From an uncultured Planctomycetota bacterium (GTDB lineage: Bacteria > Planctomycetota > Planctomycetia > Gemmatales > Gemmataceae), in the NCBI GenBank assembly GCA_963849325.1, contig CAWKHF010000010.1, positions 96,001 through 160,000 of the forward strand: DNA of 64,000 nt, read 5' to 3'. Below are positions 33,694 through 42,990 of the stretch, piece by piece. Within the stretch, counting starts at the first letter, position 1. Each line of letters opens with the position of its first letter. Under the pieces are notes generated by a model. The model saw nothing but the letters and a program-made list of their open reading frames with translations, did no database searches and was not told the origin of the DNA. A program made the position numbers and the translations under genes.

Positions 33694-33901
33694 GATGTTG
33701 GCGATTGAGTGAAGGATGTTACCGTTTCTCCCGCCGGTCGGGAACGCCGGGTATCCTATGAAATGCGTCCTTGGGCGGCATGGCGATCCTCAATGGCCTC
33801 TGTTACACTTGAAGTATCCACCTTGGGGATTCGAGAGTCCTCCGCGAGACGAGACGTGCCCCGGAGCGCGGGCGTCCCGCCCGCAGACCGAGGAAATCAT
33901 C

Positions 33902-34999
33902 ATGTCCGTTCAGGCGCTGACGTGCCGGGACTGCAACCGGCCTTGCGTGTTCGACCGCATGGCTCCCTATCCGGGCAAGGGCGATGAGCGGACCTACGGC
34001 GTCGGCTGGCGCTGTCCGCAGTGCTTCAAACTCACGCTCGACGTTTGCCCGGTCGGCCCGCTGGTCCCCTCCGACTCGGTTTGCCTCAATTGCGGGTCGG
34101 CCTACGCCGGCGAGGCGGACCCTCTCTGCTGCGGCGCCTGCGGGTTGCCGCGCGACGGCGTCGCCGCCGTTCTCGGCGTCGTCTCTGTACCGGATGATCC
34201 GCTGGCGGCCGCACGCGATGCCTTCGCTGCTGGGTTGATCCGCCGCGGACTGGCGATCCTCAACCTCGCCCTGCGGCGCGATCTCGGTCTGGCGGAGGCC
34301 TGGTCGGCCAAATGCTCCTTCCTCGATGCACTGGGGTTCCGCAAGACGAAAGTGACCATGCTGGAAGCGGCCCTCGATGCCGGGGGTCCGGCCTCGTTGT
34401 GGGTCAGTTACGGATACACGCTGCAACAGATGGATCGCCACCCGGAAGCGGTCGCGGCCTATCGGCGTTATCTGGAACGGGAGCCATCGGGTCCGTGGGC
34501 AGGAGTCGCCTGCTGCAACCAGGCCAATTCCTTGATCCGCATGGGCGATCCGACCGCCGCCGATGCGCTCTATCAGCAGGCCATTGCCCTCGAACCCGGC
34601 CGCGTCAGCCATGCCGTCAATTACATCCGTTTGCTGATCGACAAACAGAAGTGGGACGAAGCGTTGGCCGTGATTGATACGGCCCTGACGAGGGCGGAAG
34701 TGTCCACGGACATCATCGCCTTGCGGGAGGACCGGGCCGCTGTCCTGGTGGCCCAGGAGCGCGGCGCGGAAGCGCTGGCCAACGCCGAAGAAGCCTTGGC
34801 CCTCGGTTCCGATTCCGTATCGGCGCACTATTTCCGCGGACGCGCCCTGAACCTGCTCGGCCGACTGGAGGAGGCGCGAACCGAGATGCTCCGCGTCCTC
34901 ACGCTGGACCCCAACAACGAGGCCGGCAAGCAGGCGCTGGAGACGCTGGACTCGGTGCTCTTGTGGGGCTGGCCGGGACCGAAACTCCATCTTGGTTAA
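33902..34999 (+). CDS. Cys-rich N-terminus plus TPR repeats
   Basis: Four CxxC-type motifs followed by TPR-like helices. Confidence 0.75.
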   Translation: MSVQALTCRDCNRPCVFDRMAPYPGKGDERTYGVGWRCPQCFKLTLDVCPVGPLVPSDSVCLNCGSAYAGEADPLCCGACGLPRDGVAAVLGVVSVPDDPLAAARDAFAAGLIRRGLAILNLALRRDLGLAEAWSAKCSFLDALGFRKTKVTMLEAALDAGGPASLWVSYGYTLQQMDRHPEAVAAYRRYLEREPSGPWAGVACCNQANSLIRMGDPTAADALYQQAIALEPGRVSHAVNYIRLLIDKQKWDEALAVIDTALTRAEVSTDIIALREDRAAVLVAQERGAEALANAEEALALGSDSVSAHYFRGRALNLLGRLEEARTEMLRVLTLDPNNEAGKQALETLDSVLLWGWPGPKLHLG

Positions 35000-35029
35000 T
35001 CCCATCTTGGGGCTTGTCCCAATAACTTC

Positions 35030-35090
35030 GTTTAGCCGCGACGCGCAGCGGAGCGCGAAGACCGCGCTCCGCTGCGCGTCGCGGCTAAAC
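35030..35090. repeat. REP-like palindrome family A, copy 3
   Basis: Same arms as 15336. Confidence 0.85.
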
Positions 35091-35159
35091 GAGACACTAT
35101 TACCGGGAACGTATATCAAAATAAAAGAAGCCCGCCACCTGGAAAAAGGGAACTGTTCC

Positions 35160-35934
35160 ATGAGATTGCCGATTCGAGCTCTTGGCCTGCTGACCGTGCT
35201 GTCCCTGGCGGCGACTCCGTGCGGCCGAGGGACAAGGGACGCCGGGCAAGGCGTCGCCACGCTACACGACCGCCGCTTCGAGCACCGCCGGCGGCAGCGG
35301 CAAGTATTACATGAATCGGGAGATCGCCTTCGTCATGGGACATCAGGGGGCCGGCTGGCTCGAACGTCCCGAGCGCGAGAAAGAAGAACAGCCTAAAAAA
35401 CTGCTGGCGACGCTGGAACTCAAGCCGGGCCAGGTCGTCGCCGACATCGGCGCCGGCAGCGGCTATCACACCTTCCGCATGGCCGAGAAGGTCGGACCAC
35501 GCGGCAAGGTGCTGGCCGTGGACATCCAGAAGGAAATGCTCGACATCATCCGCCAGCGCATGAAGAAGGAGAAGGTGGCCAACGTCGAGCCGATCCTCGG
35601 CACCGAGACCGATCCGAAACTACCGGACAACGGCGTCGATTTGATCCTGATGGTGGACGTTTATCACGAATTCGCCTTCCCTTATGAGATGACGGAAGCG
35701 CTGGTCAAGGCCCTCAAGCCCGGCGGCCGGATCGCGTTCGTCGAATTTCGCCGGGAAGACGAGAAGGTACCGATCCTGCTGGCGCACAAGATGACGGTGA
35801 AGCAAGTGCTCAAGGAGATGGGGCCGCACGCGCTCAAGCACGTCAAGACGATCGACTCGCTGCCGTGGCAGCACGTTATCCTCTTCGAGAAGAAGGCGGC
35901 CGGCAAGGATGTTCCGCAGGGCCGCGAGCGTTAG
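35160..35934 (+). CDS. secreted class I SAM methyltransferase (frameshifted 5' part)
   Basis: VADIGAGSGY, AVDIQ, MVDVYHE, LPWQH. Confidence 0.85.
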
Positions 35935-35959
35935 AGGCACGAACCAAATGCATTTTTGA

Positions 35960-36022
35960 CCCCGGATAACACGGATAACACGGATAAAACAAAAGAAGCG
36001 TTCTCGTTTTCTTTATCCGTTT
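35960..36022. repeat. 9-bp-periodic palindrome, left part (right part at 40224-40252)
   Basis: CGGATAACACGGATAACACGGATAAAAC; complementary ATCCGTTTTATCCGTGTTATCCGTGG at 40224. Confidence 0.8.
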
Positions 36023-36153
36023 GTAACCGTTCACCGATTTTTCAGCAGTTTTTCAGTTCCAGACATGCCGTCTGACCATGAAAAGTGTCGTCCCAGCCCA
36101 CCCAGGCAGAATGTCTGGGGCCGAAAAAAGGCTGGAGGGTGGTGAACGGTTAC
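36023..36153. mobile_element. 131-bp IS66-type MITE, left copy
   Basis: GTAACCGTTCACC/GGTGAACGGTTAC; flanks ATCCGTTT (left) and GCCCGGAG (right). Confidence 0.85.
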
Positions 36154-36236
36154 GCCCGGAGAATGGCTAGGAAAAGGTTCCTGACACGTTCCTGACGCCT
36201 CTTCTTTCCGAATGTTAAAAAAACTTCCAGGGACTG

Positions 36237-36279
36237 TTGACAACCCTCCTCCCCCCAACTAAACTGAATTAGTGCACTA
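36237..36279 (+). promoter_or_regulatory. sigma70 promoter with putative GntR operator
   Basis: TTGACA (36237)-17 bp-TAAACT (36260); palindrome TAGTGCACTA at 36270-36279. Confidence 0.65.
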
Positions 36280-36294
36280 GGGTGGAGAAAGCCA

Positions 36295-36690
36295 ATGCTC
36301 ATTGACCCGAAAAGCCCGATTCCGATCTTTCAACAAATTGCGGCGCAAATGCGGCAACACATCGCCTTGGGGGTCTATAAGCCGAAGGAATCACTGCCCT
36401 CCCTGCGAAGCTTGGCCGCTGACATTCAGGTGAATCCCAACACCGTTCAAAAAGCCTATGACGAGTTGACCCGCGAAGGCCTCGTTGAGTCACGGCGCGG
36501 AGCGGGCCTTTTCGTGGCCGATCGGGCCAGCGCAGCCGGAACGACCCAAACCGAGAGACGAATTCATCGCCAGCTTTCCCGGGTCATTGCCAATGGTCTC
36601 AGGAAGCGAATTGCACCCGAGCGAATTCGAACCCTGTTTCGCGAAGCCCTCGACAGCCAGGTGGCAGCCACGACCTGGAGCACGCCATGA
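36295..36690 (+). CDS. GntR (YtrA subfamily) regulator
   Basis: PIFQQI, LPSLRSLA, VNPNTVQKAY, RRGAGLFV. Confidence 0.9.
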   Translation: MLIDPKSPIPIFQQIAAQMRQHIALGVYKPKESLPSLRSLAADIQVNPNTVQKAYDELTREGLVESRRGAGLFVADRASAAGTTQTERRIHRQLSRVIANGLRKRIAPERIRTLFREALDSQVAATTWSTP

Positions 36691-37592
36691 CCCCCATGCT
36701 CATAGAGTTCTCCGCAGTCACAAAAGAGTTCAAGAACCATCGGGCGCTGGACTCTCTGAGTTTGCAATTCCGGGAGGGGAGCACCGTGGGCTTGCTCGGT
36801 CCCAACGGTGCCGGCAAGACCACCTGCCTGAAAATGATGCTCGGCCTATTGCGGCCTACCTCCGGTTCGGTGTCCATCTTCGGATGGGACCTCTGGTTGG
36901 AGGGTCCGAAGATCCGACAGGAGATTGGGTATGTTCCGGAAGATCCCTGGCTCTACCCCTGGATGACCGTTCGCCAGGTCATCCGCTTCGCCTCATCCAT
37001 GTATGAGCGTTGGTCGAGCGCTCTGGCGGATGATCTTCTGGTCAATCTGAATTTGCCTCCCGACTGTACTGTCAAAAACCTATCTAAAGGAATGCGCATG
37101 AAGGCGGCGCTCTTGGTGGCCCTGGCCCATCGTCCCCGCTTGCTGATCCTTGACGAACCCATGTCGGGGCTTGATCCACTCGCCAGGGAGGACTTGGTAG
37201 AAATTCTCATCAAGTTGAGAGGTGAAGAGACAGAGTGCATCATTATCTCTTCCCACCAGATTGATGACGTCACTCGACTGGCCAACGAGGTCGTCATCCT
37301 CCATGCGGGCAAGCGGCTCGTGCATGCGTCCATTGATGAATTGCTTGGGACCACGAAGCGGGTCGAGGCGGTCTTGCTGGATGGCCGCCTTCCTGAACGT
37401 GTCTTGCAACAAACTGTGTGGCAGCGAGTCGATCGACGAACCTGGTCGATGACCTTGCATCCGTTCGACGCCACCATGGTCAATACCTTGCGGGAAGCCA
37501 ACCCGATTTCATCCCTAACGGTGATCGACATGGGCCTGGAACAGGTCTTCAAAGACTTTATTCGAGGAGCAACGCCATGTTGCGCACCCTGA
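36687..37592 (+). CDS. ABC ATP-binding protein (YtrB-like)
   Basis: GPNGAGKTT, LSKGM, LILDEP, SSH. Confidence 0.9.
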   Translation: MTPMLIEFSAVTKEFKNHRALDSLSLQFREGSTVGLLGPNGAGKTTCLKMMLGLLRPTSGSVSIFGWDLWLEGPKIRQEIGYVPEDPWLYPWMTVRQVIRFASSMYERWSSALADDLLVNLNLPPDCTVKNLSKGMRMKAALLVALAHRPRLLILDEPMSGLDPLAREDLVEILIKLRGEETECIIISSHQIDDVTRLANEVVILHAGKRLVHASIDELLGTTKRVEAVLLDGRLPERVLQQTVWQRVDRRTWSMTLHPFDATMVNTLREANPISSLTVIDMGLEQVFKDFIRGATPCCAP

Positions 37593-38254
37593 TTTGGAAA
37601 GATGTGTTGGCCAATCGCTTTTCGCTCTTGCTCGCAGCTATCTTGCTCGTAGCAGCCTATGGCGTGGCAGCGATCATGGGTTTGCTAGATCCCGTGATGT
37701 CTGCTCAACCGTCGTGGGGACGACGACTGGCCGAGATTTTGTTTTTCGGCAGTCTGATGAGCTATGCCGTGGCCCATTTATCCCTGGCGGTCTTATCGGG
37801 AAACTTGATCGCTGGGGAACGCGTCCGTCGATCCGCCGAATTCCTCGCCTATCTGCCGCCAAGCCGGGGGATGGTTTTGCGGGCCAAGGCAACGGTGCTT
37901 GGCGCCGTGGCACTCCTCTTGCTGTTTATCCCTCTTGCGATGACAGGGTTGGGGGCGTTCTTCGATAAGGCCTCCCTTGTCGATATCTATCGTAAGACTG
38001 CGAGCGGGTGTGTTGTCATCTGGGCGATGGGCTTTTGTGCTTCCGGAATCGGTTGGCTGGCATCCTGTTGTTTACAGAGCAACGCCGTCGCCATCCTCTT
38101 CGCTCTTTTATCGCCCTATATCCTGATGATACTAATCATGCGCGTGATTCAGAGTGCAGAACCCATGGCCATCTTGGTGGCAGCCAGCTTGTCCATCGGC
38201 TTGGCAGGATTCCTGTTTGGAACGATGCACTACCTTAATCGCGTGGAGCCTTAA
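37577..38254 (+). CDS. ABC-2 permease
   Basis: LIWKD, GERVRRSAEFLAYLPPSR; about 6 TM segments. Confidence 0.85.
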   Translation: MLRTLIWKDVLANRFSLLLAAILLVAAYGVAAIMGLLDPVMSAQPSWGRRLAEILFFGSLMSYAVAHLSLAVLSGNLIAGERVRRSAEFLAYLPPSRGMVLRAKATVLGAVALLLLFIPLAMTGLGAFFDKASLVDIYRKTASGCVVIWAMGFCASGIGWLASCCLQSNAVAILFALLSPYILMILIMRVIQSAEPMAILVAASLSIGLAGFLFGTMHYLNRVEP

Positions 38255-38274
38255 TTGGAAGGGAGGGACGATCG

Positions 38275-39318
38275 ATGCTACGTCTCAGGTCAATAAGGAT
38301 CAAGGTAATCATCTATGCCCTCACTCCAATCCTTGTGTTCGGGAGCGCTTATCGCCTGGCACGAGTTTTTCTCCCGGCAAGCGAAGATGCGGCTGCGACC
38401 CACGACGAATTATTTAGCGAGGAAGAGTGGATCGAACAAATCGCAGATGCCTTCAGACTCTATGCCCAGGCATTTGAGAATCGCTTTCCGGACGTGGAAT
38501 ACCTCTATGGGGATGAGTTGATGGGAGCCGTCAGAGAAAAACTGAAAATTCCCCGTTGCGCAGGGTGGTCACCGGCCAGCGGCTTCGGTCGGTTGACCAA
38601 ACTACAAAGGAGTGACCCGACGTTTGGTTACCACGGTTCGGGAGCTAGCCTTGGGGACCCCAATCGGGTCCTCGTTCATTGGTCAACGGCGGAGGGCAGG
38701 TCTCGAGTCATTTTCTGCGATCTGTCCCATCGTGAGGTCGATGGTGGTGAGTTGCTGAATCTTCTTTCGCCCTGGCAACCGGTTGCCAACCAATGTGTTG
38801 TGCGGGTGGGTTCCGGCGGATCGGGGACGATCGTTTCGCCAAAAGGATTGATTGTCACCGCTGCTCATGTCCTTCCTTCGAGCGGTTCGAGTATCGATAT
38901 CCATTTTGCCGATGGCCGTGCGATGACATCGACCGTGGTTGCTCAAAGTAAACGATTCGATGTCGCCGTTCTCAGAATTCCCGTGGACCAGTCGATTCCT
39001 TTCGTTCGGCTGGAAGAACGACATGTTAGCGAGGATCAGGTGGCCTGGATCATAGGATATGGCGGTGGTCGTTCCGAGCCCGCTATTCGCCAAGTACGAA
39101 CCGTCCAGTACGTCCTCGATGAGTTGATTACGACCTGGAACAATGTCATCGGCGGCGATTGCGGCGGGGCCGTGTTGAACGCCAAGGGATGTCTCATCGG
39201 CGTTCTTGACACCCTAGCTGAGCCCCACCCAAGATACTGTCGAACGATTTCTTCTCCCACGCTGCTGAAGGTTTTCCCGGTTTTGTTAGAGCAGGTCGGG
39301 GGGATGAGGTCACCGTGA
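38275..39318 (+). CDS. membrane-anchored trypsin-like peptidase with Cys at the nucleophile position
   Basis: GSGTIV, TAAHV, DVAVL, GGDCGGAVLN..G.LIGV. Confidence 0.75.
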   Translation: MLRLRSIRIKVIIYALTPILVFGSAYRLARVFLPASEDAAATHDELFSEEEWIEQIADAFRLYAQAFENRFPDVEYLYGDELMGAVREKLKIPRCAGWSPASGFGRLTKLQRSDPTFGYHGSGASLGDPNRVLVHWSTAEGRSRVIFCDLSHREVDGGELLNLLSPWQPVANQCVVRVGSGGSGTIVSPKGLIVTAAHVLPSSGSSIDIHFADGRAMTSTVVAQSKRFDVAVLRIPVDQSIPFVRLEERHVSEDQVAWIIGYGGGRSEPAIRQVRTVQYVLDELITTWNNVIGGDCGGAVLNAKGCLIGVLDTLAEPHPRYCRTISSPTLLKVFPVLLEQVGGMRSP

Positions 39319-39349
39319 GAAGGGGCGGCGCTGTTTTCCGAAAGGCAGG

Positions 39350-39610
39350 TGCGCGAGCGTACGTTGCAGGCAACAGATTTGGCGCAGTTGTGGACCGACC
39401 TGTCGGACGCCGATGTCCCGAACGCTTACCGGGCCCAGGGGATGCTGGTCGCCGGTGCCGGGCACCATCGTTCAGCGCCTTGCCTGTTGCATGGTCAAGG
39501 ACCTTGACCACGCGGAGGCGCGCATCAGGGAACTCTATGCTGACTTCGCGGACTTGGCGGTCAAGCACATCGGCGATTCACGAGTATTTCCGGGCAGGAA
39601 GCTGCATTGA
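39350..39610 (+). pseudogene. remnant of a Gemmataceae WD40-protein C-terminal helical module
   Basis: LAQLWTDLSDADVPNAYRAQGML ... KDLDHAEARIRE, broken frames. Confidence 0.4.
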
Positions 39611-39667
39611 CTGATGTGCAGGGTGTCCCGGCGAGCGGCGTGCGGGTGCGAATGGTCCCTCCGCTGG

Positions 39668-39758
39668 CACACTCAAGCAACCAGCGGCGACCGAGTTTGT
39701 CTGCCGGAAACTGTACCGCAATCTTGTGACAGATTCCGAAGAGCCAGGGCGGGAGTTG
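39668..39758 (+). pseudogene. DUF1800 internal fragment
   Basis: TLKQPAATEFVCRKLYRNLVTDSEEP aligns with ILQQPAAARFLVRKLYRFYVSETHEP of the DUF1800 gene at ~60470. Confidence 0.55.
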
Positions 39759-40041
39759 CCCCGGAGGGACCGCAGGTGGGATCGGGTCGCTCCCGTGGAA
39801 CCTGCGACAGCGGCCTTCCCCGTCTGACAGCCGGGTCGGCTCCCCATCAGATATTTCGGGGCCTGCTCAGCGTTCACTCACGTTACGGCCTGCTTGCTCG
39901 CGGGGTCCCCGACGGACCCTTTCCATCAGAGGCTTCGACAGGATCGTTACCTCCCCTGCCGCTCCGATTGCTACCGGCCGGAGCGACCGTTGCCGGGTGG
40001 GAATTTCACCCACTGAAGAGAGACACCTTGGCACGGCGCAC
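39758..40041 (-). mobile_element. group II intron 5' fragment (domain I only, no RT and no domain V)
   Basis: Starts GTGCG; GGGTGAAATTCCC hairpin, GGTAAC loop, GCCGAC...GGGGAAGGC, CCGGGG, then truncated. Confidence 0.7.
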
Positions 40042-40091
40042 TGTCAGCAACTTTTTTTTCCAGCACTGCATGCGGCGATGATAGCCCGGAG

Positions 40092-40223
40092 GTAACCGTT
40101 CACCGTTTTTTCAGCAGTTTTTCAGTCAAAGACATTCCGTCTGACCATGAAAAGTGTCGTCCCAGCCACCCAGGCAGAATGTCCGGGGCCGAAAATCAAG
40201 GCCGGAGGGTGGTGAACGGTTAC
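40092..40223. mobile_element. 132-bp IS66-type MITE, right copy (direct orientation)
   Basis: Same TIRs; differs from the left copy at about 7 sites; flanks GCCCGGAG (left) and ATCCGTTT (right). Confidence 0.85.
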
Positions 40224-40276
40224 ATCCGTTTTATCCGTGTTATCCGTGGTTCAAAGTGCATTAGGTTTAGTAGCTC

Positions 40277-40801
40277 TTACTGTTTCTTCTTTTCGTATTG
40301 GAGCGCCTTGTTCAGGTGGCGGATGGCCACACCGAGGTCGCGGACGGCGGCCACGCGATGGCCGTGGTAATCGTGATCGGCTTTCTCCATCACCGCGACC
40401 GTCTGCTGCAGGACGGGGATGGCCTCGGCCAACTGCATGTTGGAGACGGCCTGCGGCTCGTTACCCTTGCCCTTGCCCTTGACGGCGCCGGGGTTGGCGG
40501 CCTTGCCCGTGCCCGTCTTCTTGCTCTGCATCCCCAGGGCCAACCGCAGTTGATGCTGGGCGGCGCCGATGGCCTTGACGGCCACGACGCGATGGCCGCC
40601 GTAGTCGTGGTTGGCGGCTTCAAGTGTCTGCTTGGTCGCGTGCAAGACGCGCAGCCCCTCGCGCAGCTGGGCGTTGGAGACTTTCTGCGGCTCCGACTTG
40701 CGCGGCTTGGTGGGCGCGGCATCGACCGGGACAGTCAACCCCGTCAGCAGAAGTCCAACGGCCAGAGAGAACGTGCGAGCTTTCGACCCTTGAGCGAACA
40801 T
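40277..40801 (-). CDS. secreted protein with duplicated HDY(G/H)GHR helical repeat
   Basis: Signal peptide; ANHDYGGHRVVAV and ADHDYHGHRVAAV. Confidence 0.8.
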   Translation of the reverse strand: MFAQGSKARTFSLAVGLLLTGLTVPVDAAPTKPRKSEPQKVSNAQLREGLRVLHATKQTLEAANHDYGGHRVVAVKAIGAAQHQLRLALGMQSKKTGTGKAANPGAVKGKGKGNEPQAVSNMQLAEAIPVLQQTVAVMEKADHDYHGHRVAAVRDLGVAIRHLNKALQYEKKKQ

Positions 40802-40928
40802 ACGATTACTCCTCGTCAGGGGATGGATTGCAAGAATACGGTCTCCGCTCGCTGACGCTCGCGGCTCTGCTCATTCAACCAGGCGAGGCCACGAAAGTTC
40901 CGCCAACCTCGCTTTTTCTTTTCCGCGG

Positions 40929-41210
40929 TCAACTCGTGCGAGTGACGAACTTGATGAAGATCAGCAGCACCTCGGCGACGATGACGATGGCGCCGACGAC
41001 GCGGCGAATGGGCGGCTGGACGGGGCGGAGATAGCCCACGGCTGCCGCAGCCAGGACGCCCGTCTCGACGACAGCCGGGGCGTTGGCCAGGCGAATGCCG
41101 TCCTTGCGCACCACCAGGGCGGCATTGCACTTGAAACACGAGAACTCGCGGCCAATGTCCGCGGCCGCCACGTTGTAGGCCGTGTTGCAACCGGGGCACA
41201 ACTTATTCAC
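40929..41210 (-). CDS. small zinc-ribbon membrane protein
   Basis: CPGC...CFKC; C-terminal TM segment. Confidence 0.6.
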   Translation of the reverse strand: MNKLCPGCNTAYNVAAADIGREFSCFKCNAALVVRKDGIRLANAPAVVETGVLAAAAVGYLRPVQPPIRRVVGAIVIVAEVLLIFIKFVTRTS

Positions 41211-41238
41211 GGCGGGCCTTCCCCCTTATCGAATTCCA

Positions 41239-42971
41239 TCAATCAAATATCCCTTTACTCGTTATCGTCACCGCCTGAGACTGGGTAACGCCGTTGCTGG
41301 CCTTGACGCGCAGCGTATAACGTCCGGGCCGGGCGGCCTTGACCTTCCAGGTGACGGGACTGTTACGGCTGACGGCGCCGGCCGGCAGCGGCGGCACGGC
41401 CTGCGTCTCCTCGCCGTCCACGCGCGTCAGACCGCGCGGCAACTCCAGCGTCACCATCTGCCGCGGCAACGGGTCGTTGACGTAGGCCGTCACCGTGAAT
41501 TCCTCGCCTGGCCGGAACGAGCCGCCGATAGTCAGTCCGAGCTTGCCGCCGCCCTCGCTGCTGGAGACGTGGCCCAGGCCATAGGCAAATCCCAGCTCGC
41601 GCTTCCCTTGCGGCGGCAGCTCCTTGGCGTCCCAGTAGAGGACGACGCACGAATCATCGCGGATCGGCTGGACGGGGAAATCCCAGTCGATGTGCGGCTT
41701 TTCAAACGCCCCCCACTGAAGCTGGTTGACCCAGTGACACAGCGTAACGCGGTCGGGACTGTCGAGGCGTCCGCCCAGCCGCAGCGTCAGGTGAGCGACG
41801 GTGCCTGGCTTGGCGAGGCTGGGGCGTTCCAGCGCCTGGATAAAGTCGGGCACGCTCGCCGCCGTGCGGAAGTCGCGCGACGTATCGCACAGGCCACTCG
41901 CTCCGGGAATGGTGAAGGGTACGCCGTCGTTGCCGCCGATGAAGGTGTCCAGCAGGAAACGGAAAGCTACCCGGTGCGGCCGTTGGTCCTGGTTCTCGAT
42001 GCGGTAGCGCACCAGGCAGGTGTCGAGACGGCGTTTGGTTTGACCGGGCGCGACTTGTTCGCCAGCCGTGATCTCGACGGTCTGCGTCACTTCGACGCGC
42101 TGTTGATCGTAGAAATACACGGATTCCCGGCCGATGCGTTGGCGTCCGCTGCGGTCCATGCCGAGCGCTCTCGCGCGTCGCGGCAGGTGCCGCGCAGGAT
42201 CGGCAGCTCCTTCGAGGGATCGGGGGTAAAGCCAGCGGTATCGCCCTTGCGACCACTCCCGCCGGTCCCGAAAACGAATTTGCCGAATAGGAAGGTCTCG
42301 CCGTCGATCTGCGTCAGGGCGGTATGGGTCTCCCCATCGTCTCGGAAGGTCAACCGCTTCGGTTTGCCCTTGTCGTCCTTCTCCTTGAGCATGGTCAAGC
42401 CGAAGCGCAGAGTGTCAAGCTGGGGGTCCGGGGATTCCTGGAACTTGACGGCCAGCAGGGGGTCGGGGTCGATGGGCAGCGCGACCACGGGGGCTTCCGG
42501 CTCTTCCTCCTGCGGTCCGCCGCCGACGAAGCGATCGCGGACCATGAAGACGAGCAGGACGAAGGCGAGTAGTCCCGCCGGCAGCAAGCGCAGGGCTGGC
42601 GGCCACTGACGGAAATCCAGCCGTGGCGCCGGCGCGGATGCCGGGATCGCGGAAGGCGGAGGGACCGGGCGGGCCGCCGGTGCGGCATCCTTGCCGACGA
42701 GGTGGCCGCACTCCAGGCAGGCCCGTGCTTGCGGCGCCAACGGCGCCTGACAGGCGGGACAGGTACGCATGGCGGAGGGCCGAGGCAGCGGCGGAGGCGC
42801 GGGCACGACGGCCGCGCGGGCCAAAGGCACAGACGCCGGCGCCGGTGCCGGTGCCGGTGCCAGCAAGGCGAAGACGCCCTGGCAGTGCGGGCAGCGGACT
42901 TGACGGGCCGATACCCCCGTCGGCAACTGCAACGCCCGCTTGCAGTGCGGACACGAAACGAGCTGAGACAT
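41239..42971 (-). CDS. double zinc-ribbon, TM and extracellular beta-rich protein (frameshift ~42170)
   Basis: CPHC/CPHC, CPAC/CLEC, TM; LLDTFIGGNDG; Ig-like C-terminus. Confidence 0.75.
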
Positions 42972-42990
42972 GGTGCGCCCTCCCGGAGCC

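Noticed and set aside
39194-39568. Intron-encoded reverse transcriptase downstream of the group II 5' end
   Set aside because: No RT motifs (YADD, PQG) and no domain V; the intron is truncated.
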